Shown here: positions 34,084-39,519 of the stretch, piece after piece
How positions within the stretch are numbered: position 1 is the first letter of the stretch
Layout: the number at the start of each line of letters is the position of its first letter
Virus record (IMG/VR): IMGVR_UViG_3300033067_001795
Span: 1-39,519 of that record
From: a virus
Taxonomy: Duplodnaviria > Caudoviricetes
DNA length: 39,519 bases
Reading direction: 5' to 3' (one strand)
Translations under genes and position numbers: made by a program
The notes under the pieces: model-generated
Seen by the model: only the letters and a program-made list of their open reading frames with translations
The model's database searches: none
What the model was told of the DNA's origin: nothing

Positions 34084-36471
34084 TTAGTCCTCCTCGGGTA
34101 CGGGGCTGAACGCCCGCGTGCAGTTGGGATGAGCGGTCGGGGCGGCGGCGGCCTCGGCAACGGTCCAGATCTGGCCGTTCGCCGCGGCACACTCGGCGTC
34201 GTCGTCTCCGTCGTAGACGTACACGCGCGAGAAGCCGGCCTCGCCGTACGTCTCGAGCGCGCCGGCGTTCTGCGCGACGGCAACCTCGGTGCGGGCGATC
34301 GTCATCGCGCGGCTCTCGGCGAAGGCGCCCGACTCCTCGAGCGCGGTCGCGAGCCGGTCAGGCGACCAGCCCTCTTCGATCGCGTCGTCCAGGATCGAGC
34401 GCACGCGGTCACGCGTCGTCGCGTCGATACCCTTCACGAGCTCGGCGCCGTGCTCGTCGGCCCACTCCTGGGCGTTGCGGTCGACCAGGCGGAACGACAC
34501 GCCCAGGTCGAAGGCCTCCACGGCGTCACGGCCGCCGGCGTTGTAGACGCCACGCAGGAGGCGCGAGAGGGAAGGCGCGGGCTCGGGCGTGTACCCGACG
34601 TCGCGCCGAATCGTGGCGGCCTTGGCGATCGCCTTCTCCGCGTACCGCTTCGCGCGGGCCAGCTCGGCCGCGAGGTAGGTGCGGTACGCGCGAGCGATGC
34701 CGCCCTCGGCCTTCGCCTTCACGCCCGCGGTCATGCGGAGCTTCTTCTCGAGCACGATGAGGCCGCCGTCGAAGTCGAGGCCTCGAGCCACGAGCGCGCG
34801 CACCGGTGCGGGGATAGCGGCCGCGCGGAACGCTCCGACCTTGCGGCCCTTCTCGATGCGCTTCGAGGCGAACCGGCGCCACTGCGCGAGCTCGGCCCGG
34901 GCCGCCTTTGCCGTTTCCTTCGCGTCCTTCTCGTCGGGCTCCGGGAGCTCGCCAGCTTTCTCGTCGGTGGCCTTGCCCTCGAGCTTCTCGTCGCCTTCTT
35001 CATCGCCCTCGTCGCCCGGAGCGCCACCGCCGGCGAGCGGATCCACGAGCCGCACGTATTCGTCTCCGCCCTCGAGCGCCGGCCCCAGTCCGAGCGTCGC
35101 GCGCACTTCGTTCCGCGTGAGGACGCCCGCCTCGAGGAAGGCGCGCTGAATCAGCGAGGGGTCGATCGCGTCGTCGCTCTCCTCGATCGGGTCGAGCCCG
35201 AGGTCCGCGCGAACCTCGTTGCGCGTCTTCACGCCCGCACGGAGGTCGGTCTCGCGCGCCTGCGATTCCTTCAGCGCGTCACCGGCCAGTCCCGACACCC
35301 AGGAGAACTCGAGCTCAGGCGCGCCGAGCGGCCCCTGGACGATGCCGGTCAGGTATTCCTCGAGCCACAGGAGGAGCGGGCGAAGGCCCGTGTCGACGCT
35401 CTGATCCTGGAGCGTCTCGCCCGTCGCGCGATTCACCTGTGCCACGAGGATCGAGCGAGGCACGCCGAGATGCGCGAGGACCTGCGAGAGGATCGCCTCC
35501 TCTTCGTCCTTCGTGAACGCGAACGGAACGGCTGGCTTGTAGTTCGCTCCGTGAGCGATCACACGAAGCCGCGCCCGCTCTTTCAGCGAGCCGCCCAACT
35601 GCGTGTTGAGGTACTCCTGGTACGTGCCGATCTGCTTCACGTCCCAGGTTTCGGGCGCCTCGAGGAACGCTACCGGGACGTTGCCCTCGGTGTGCCACGA
35701 GAGCTGCGACAGGATCCGGTTGACCGCGACGCGGATCGTCGGCTCGATCTCCTCGAGCGGTGAGCGGCCGTAGATGCTCCCGACCGTGGGCGTGTAGATC
35801 AGGTAATCCAGCTCGCTCCGCGTGAGGGCGTCGCCGACGTCGACCGGCCGGGAGTAACGCGTGTGCGGGAACCCGTAGAGAACCTGTTGGTAGCCGACGG
35901 CGTGGCCGTACCCGTCGATCAGCTGCTTCACCGTCGCGCCGTCGATCTGCACGAGCGAGTGCAGGCGGCCGGCCCGATCGTTCTGCCGGTAGATCACCGT
36001 GGCGTCCGTGACGAGGGTCTCCTCGAGCAGCTGCCCGACCCACGTCGAGAAGCCCAGCCCGTCGACACGGTTCGGCTTCCTCATCCAGGCCTTGACGCGC
36101 TCGATCTCCGGCGCATGGCTGCGGCGGGCTGCCTGAGACTTCCGATCTGCGGTCGGAACGATGTCCCACGACATGCCCCTGACCTGCTTCTTCCGATACT
36201 CGACGCCGATCGCGAAGTACGGGCAGGCCTTCGCCAACGCCCGGAGCGTCGCGAACGAGAGCGAGCCGCCGCCCTCCTGGCGGGGCGTCGGGTACATGTT
36301 GAAACCGATCGGGTACTGCGATTCGCGCGGCGGCGTTGGCGCGCCGTAGCGGGGCGAGAGCGGCTCTCCGGGCCCGAAGTCCATGGGCGATCCGAAGCCC
36401 GAGGTGAAGCCCCCGCCGAGCTGTAGCGGGGAGCCGTCAGGGCCGTACAGGAGCGTCGCGCCGGGTGTCAC
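34084..36471 (-). CDS. Portal protein fused to a MuF (SPP1 gp7-like) domain (795 aa)
   Basis: Portal motifs (IDGATV, YGRSPLE, TRNEVR); C-terminal RAMTIARTEV...CAAANG...HPNCTR MuF signature. Confidence 0.88.
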   Translation of the reverse strand: MTPGATLLYGPDGSPLQLGGGFTSGFGSPMDFGPGEPLSPRYGAPTPPRESQYPIGFNMYPTPRQEGGGSLSFATLRALAKACPYFAIGVEYRKKQVRGMSWDIVPTADRKSQAARRSHAPEIERVKAWMRKPNRVDGLGFSTWVGQLLEETLVTDATVIYRQNDRAGRLHSLVQIDGATVKQLIDGYGHAVGYQQVLYGFPHTRYSRPVDVGDALTRSELDYLIYTPTVGSIYGRSPLEEIEPTIRVAVNRILSQLSWHTEGNVPVAFLEAPETWDVKQIGTYQEYLNTQLGGSLKERARLRVIAHGANYKPAVPFAFTKDEEEAILSQVLAHLGVPRSILVAQVNRATGETLQDQSVDTGLRPLLLWLEEYLTGIVQGPLGAPELEFSWVSGLAGDALKESQARETDLRAGVKTRNEVRADLGLDPIEESDDAIDPSLIQRAFLEAGVLTRNEVRATLGLGPALEGGDEYVRLVDPLAGGGAPGDEGDEEGDEKLEGKATDEKAGELPEPDEKDAKETAKAARAELAQWRRFASKRIEKGRKVGAFRAAAIPAPVRALVARGLDFDGGLIVLEKKLRMTAGVKAKAEGGIARAYRTYLAAELARAKRYAEKAIAKAATIRRDVGYTPEPAPSLSRLLRGVYNAGGRDAVEAFDLGVSFRLVDRNAQEWADEHGAELVKGIDATTRDRVRSILDDAIEEGWSPDRLATALEESGAFAESRAMTIARTEVAVAQNAGALETYGEAGFSRVYVYDGDDDAECAAANGQIWTVAEAAAAPTAHPNCTRAFSPVPEED

Positions 36472-36510
36472 ACGGCAAGGGTGGATCCGCTCAGGAGCGC
36501 CGTAAGGTGG

Positions 36511-36720
36511 TCAGGACGTCGAAAGTGGTGCCGGCACCACTTTCGCGCGTCGGCGCGGCCTCAGCATCCGCCGAAACGCTTCGAAGCTCTCCCACCGAGC
36601 CGCGCAGGCCTGGCACTCGCGCACCCGGATCCGTCGCTCGAGCAGGCGCGAACGGAGGGAGCGTGTGCGGTCAGAGCGGCAAATAGGGCAGACGTCGCCG
36701 GGCTTCGGCGTCTCGCTCAA
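36511..36720 (-). CDS. Zn-ribbon protein (NrdR-N/Ogr-like), candidate late regulator (69 aa)
   Basis: CPIC...RVRECQACAARWESFE; coupled to the terL stop. Confidence 0.65.
   Translation of the reverse strand: MSETPKPGDVCPICRSDRTRSLRSRLLERRIRVRECQACAARWESFEAFRRMLRPRRRAKVVPAPLSTS
36520..36545. repeat. Perfect 26-bp palindrome upstream of the portal gene
   Basis: CGAAAGTGGTGCC|GGCACCACTTTCG. Confidence 0.9.
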
Positions 36721-38171
36721 GCGGCGTCCCTCGCCTCACGTTCGGCCCGCTCCTTCGCGGCTGCCGCCTCCTCGATGAACTCGAAGAACCCCGCGCTCTT
36801 CCTCGGCCCGCCGCTCGCACACGCGATGAGCGCCGCGTCGCCGTGGTCCGGGCTCGGCTTCGGGTCGACGACGCGCGTGCGCCCGTCCCGGCCGATCTCG
36901 TAGCGGTAGCCGCGGAGCTGCTCGAAGAGGATCGGCTTTCCGATGAGCCGGAGCTTTCCCCGCTCGAGCAGCTCGCGGAACGCCCACGCGTCCTCGGCCT
37001 TGCGGTTCAGGAAGCGTTCGCGCTCCCGGGCCGGGGACGCAGAGCGGTATTCCTCGGCCCGGGTCGAGAGGGCGAGCTGGTCGCTGATGCCCTTGCCCAG
37101 CCCGATGACGTCGACGCGGATCTTCGTCGGCTTCTTCTCGTGAACCCAGCGCAGCGCGCGACCGACCGACACCGTCGTGTCCCTCTCGCGCCACGAGTCG
37201 AGCACCTCGACGACGAGGCGGCCCTCGGCGTCCGGCCCGGTACGTTCCGCCACGGCGTTCTCGTCGCCGTCCTCGCTGCCTGCGCAGTCCATCCCGAGGA
37301 GCGGCTCACCCTCCTTCGCCCAGGTCGCCGCGGCCGCCCTCGAGAGCCACGCTCCCGGGAAGAGCGCGCCCTCGGCGTTCTGGAGGTACTCACCGAGGCA
37401 GCGCGCGCGGTAGGTCTCGGAGGTCTCGCCCCAGTCCGCGACGCACTTGGCTTTCCAGGCGGCCTTCGCGTCGCGCTGCTCTTCGCTGCTCTCCGGATCG
37501 TTGATGAGATCGTCGACGGTGACGTGCGCCCGCACGACGCCATCGCCGCCCTTGGTGTCGCGCTCCCAGAACTTGCCGGCCTCGATCGAGGGCGTGCTGA
37601 TCCAGAGGTCGAGCGTCTCCGGCGCGTCGAGCATTCCGGCGGTCGAGTCGAAAATGTCGTCCTCGACGGCCTTCGCTTCGTCGACGACGCGGAGGGCGGC
37701 CGTCTTCGAGTGGTGCCCCTCGAGGTTCGTCGGCTTGTCGCTCGCCGCCCCGACCGCGTACCACGTGTCCCGGATCTCCCAGGCCGTATCGAGCATCCGG
37801 CCGAGCCCGACCGCGCGGAGAAGGCTGCCGTTGTAGAGCTCGGCGATCTCCGGCCAGAGGAGGTTCGCCACGCTCGCCCAGCTCGGCGCCGTGGTGAGGC
37901 ACCGGGCGCCCGGCCTGGTCGAGACGTACCAGAGCACGATGATCGCGGCCAGATACGTCTTCCCCGCGCCGTGGCAGGTTCGCGCGAGGACCTTCAGGTG
38001 ACGCCGGCCCGCGTCGAGCTCGTCGCGGATCTCGTTCAGCGCCTTCCGCTGCCAGCCCTTGAGCTTCGCGCGGAGCACGGCCGTCGCGAAGAGGGCCGGA
38101 TCGTCGTGGCAGGCCGCGAAGATCTCGGTCAGCTGCGCCTCGAGGGCGCGGCGCTTGTCGGCCTTGCTCAC
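36717..38171 (-). CDS. terL: Terminase large subunit (484 aa)
   Basis: Walker A HGAGKT, Walker B LRVVDEA, coupling motif ISTP, nuclease GMDCA...D and SPDHGDA. Confidence 0.93.
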   Translation of the reverse strand: MSKADKRRALEAQLTEIFAACHDDPALFATAVLRAKLKGWQRKALNEIRDELDAGRRHLKVLARTCHGAGKTYLAAIIVLWYVSTRPGARCLTTAPSWASVANLLWPEIAELYNGSLLRAVGLGRMLDTAWEIRDTWYAVGAASDKPTNLEGHHSKTAALRVVDEAKAVEDDIFDSTAGMLDAPETLDLWISTPSIEAGKFWERDTKGGDGVVRAHVTVDDLINDPESSEEQRDAKAAWKAKCVADWGETSETYRARCLGEYLQNAEGALFPGAWLSRAAAATWAKEGEPLLGMDCAGSEDGDENAVAERTGPDAEGRLVVEVLDSWRERDTTVSVGRALRWVHEKKPTKIRVDVIGLGKGISDQLALSTRAEEYRSASPARERERFLNRKAEDAWAFRELLERGKLRLIGKPILFEQLRGYRYEIGRDGRTRVVDPKPSPDHGDAALIACASGGPRKSAGFFEFIEEAAAAKERAEREARDAA

Positions 38172-38665
38172 GGCTCCTCGCCCTCATCGCCCGGCAGGAT
38201 CTCGACGGGCGGCAGTTCCTTCCGCGCGCCCCGCACCTGGTCGAGCGCGGCCGCGATGGCCGTCGACGCGTCGGGCAAGGCCCCGCCCTTCACGTCGAAC
38301 CGCTCGCGGTACTTCTCCGGCTTTGCGCCCTTGAGCAGGAAGATCAGGAGCGTGTCGGAGTAGCGCTGCACCGATCCGACCGGCTTGCCGAGGTAGAACA
38401 CCGGCTCTTTCCAGCCGTAGCGGGCGCGCCGCATCGCCTCGGCCTCGAGCAGCTCGGTCGCCTCCTCGAGAGCCGCGTCCCACTCCGCGGCGAACCCGCT
38501 ATCGGATTCCCGGAGGCGGTAGACGCGCGCCTTGTTCACCTTGGCGGCGTTCGCGGCGTACGTCACACAGCCCATCGCGGAGAGGGCGGCGAGGAACGCG
38601 CGGCGCCACGGCTTTCGAGGCGCCAGCTTTTTCGGCGACGATTTGCGTCCGCGCGAAACCGTCAT
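38168..38665 (-). CDS. terS: Terminase small subunit (165 aa)
   Basis: AFLAAL...HTH...FAAEWDAA...YSDTLLIFLLKG..PEKY; directly upstream of terL. Confidence 0.82.
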   Translation of the reverse strand: MTVSRGRKSSPKKLAPRKPWRRAFLAALSAMGCVTYAANAAKVNKARVYRLRESDSGFAAEWDAALEEATELLEAEAMRRARYGWKEPVFYLGKPVGSVQRYSDTLLIFLLKGAKPEKYRERFDVKGGALPDASTAIAAALDQVRGARKELPPVEILPGDEGEEP

Positions 38666-38865
38666 CTCCCGCCCCCGGGCTTGCGCGGGATCTCGGCCCG
38701 CGTCGTGACGCTCGCCCGGAACTCCCGCTGAACCTGCCGGGTGTGCACCTCGAGGCAGCGTCGACAGGTCGCGAGGTGGACGGTGCTCGTCGCGTCGTTC
38801 CACTTCGGCGATCCGCAGAGCACACGCCGGTGTGGGGCTTCGTCGAGTAGGTGCCTTGCGCTCAT
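38662..38865 (-). CDS. Hypothetical Zn-binding protein (67 aa)
   Basis: H...LCG...TCRRC; ATGA overlaps at both ends. Confidence 0.6.
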   Translation of the reverse strand: MSARHLLDEAPHRRVLCGSPKWNDATSTVHLATCRRCLEVHTRQVQREFRASVTTRAEIPRKPGGGR

Positions 38866-39482
38866 GCCGCCTTGCCCTTCCTCGGGTCGGCCCGGTAGTC
38901 CCGCCCGTCCATCTCGAGAACCCGGTCGCCGCACATCTCCCCGATGCGTCCCGCGACCCAATCCCCGAAGGTCTTCCCGACGTTCTCGAGCGGGAAGTTG
39001 CTGGTCCAGATCGTGGGGAGGTTCGCGTTGTACCGGCAGCGCACGAGGTCGATCACGAACTCGGCCCAGAAGTCCGTAGCCCTCACGTTCCGCATGAGGT
39101 CGTCGGCCACGAGGAAGGGCGCCTCGAAGAGCTCGGAGCCCGGCATCTCCTCGGCGTGGGTCGCTACCGCCGTGCGGCGCTGCCCTTCGAGCGCGACCAG
39201 CTCCACGAAGAGCCCGCCGAACCGGGCCCGGGCGTGACGCTTCAGGATCCCCACGGCGCTCCGGGTCTTTCCCCGGCCCGGCTTGCCGAAGATGAAGCGG
39301 GAGACCGGGATCTCCGCGCTCGGGAGCGTCGAGGGTGGAGCGTCGAGGTAGCGGAGCGGGATTCTCGCCGCCCTCCATCGCGTCTCGTCGGGGACGCACT
39401 TCGGGCACGGAATCTTCGTTCGGCCGTCAGGCAGGTACAGAACGCCGGTGTCTTTGCAGGTGCAGGGCTCGCGTTCGCTCAA
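38862..39482 (-). CDS. DnaC/IstB-like AAA+ helicase loader
   Basis: CTCKDTG/CPKC, Walker A GKPGRGKT, Walker B LVADD, PTIWTSN, RIGEMC...GRDYR. Confidence 0.9.
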   Translation of the reverse strand: MSEREPCTCKDTGVLYLPDGRTKIPCPKCVPDETRWRAARIPLRYLDAPPSTLPSAEIPVSRFIFGKPGRGKTRSAVGILKRHARARFGGLFVELVALEGQRRTAVATHAEEMPGSELFEAPFLVADDLMRNVRATDFWAEFVIDLVRCRYNANLPTIWTSNFPLENVGKTFGDWVAGRIGEMCGDRVLEMDGRDYRADPRKGKAA

Positions 39483-39519
39483 AGGTCACCTTCCTTCGCG
39501 ACTCGGGAGGGGTAGCGGG
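39479..39519 (-). CDS. Replication initiator, 3' end (...NLAG|TRYPSRVAKEGDL*)
   Basis: In-frame continuation from base 1; TGA at 39479-39481 overlaps the DnaC TTG start at 39480-39482. Confidence 0.75.
   Translation of the reverse strand, partial: RYPSRVAKEGDL

Larger units (their letters stand above)
1..39519. mobile_element. Complete, circularly permuted temperate phage genome (attP/excised form), siphovirus-like
   Basis: Integrase, cI/cro switch, rep/DnaC, terminase, portal, protease, capsid, tail tube, tape measure and endolysin are all present; no sheath gene; no host genes; the rep ORF reads in frame across the 1/39519 junction. Confidence 0.9.

Noticed and set aside
36520-36545. Protelomerase (telRL) site
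   Set aside because: No protelomerase gene; the phage has an integrase and a tRNA attP
1-39519. CRISPR array, diversity-generating retroelement, retron, invertible cassette or stop-codon recoding
   Set aside because: No repeat-spacer array, reverse transcriptase, TR/VR pair or invertase seen; genes tile fully under the standard code with TAG, TGA and TAA all used as stops

Overview
The window is a high-GC temperate tailed phage (siphovirus-like). It appears to be a complete, circularly permuted 39,519-bp genome in the excised (attP) state. The replication-initiator ORF runs off base 1 and continues in frame from base 39519 to a stop overlapping the DnaC start. Nearly all genes lie on the minus strand as one largely translationally coupled chain: cro, small early genes, recombination module, xis, int, attP (3' half of a tRNA-Arg(CCT)), C5 DNA methyltransferase, rep, dnaC, terminases, Zn-ribbon protein, portal-MuF fusion, a block of membrane/secreted/fibre genes, protease, capsid, neck, tail, M15 endolysin. 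Only cI and a lower-GC accessory operon (13783-16336) are on the plus strand. The most unusual features are: (1) attP lies inside the lytic chain, so integration would cut replication and packaging genes off from the cro promoter; (2) a tail-fibre-like protein with a signal peptide, a second secreted Cys-rich protein and a lipoprotein sit inside the head module; (3) 14 non-virion proteins end in Ala-Ala, resembling ClpXP degrons; (4) a 4-TM protein coupled to a polyproline peptide lies downstream of cI. All calls come from reading motifs by eye; no searches were run and many starts were re-called from overlaps and SD sites.
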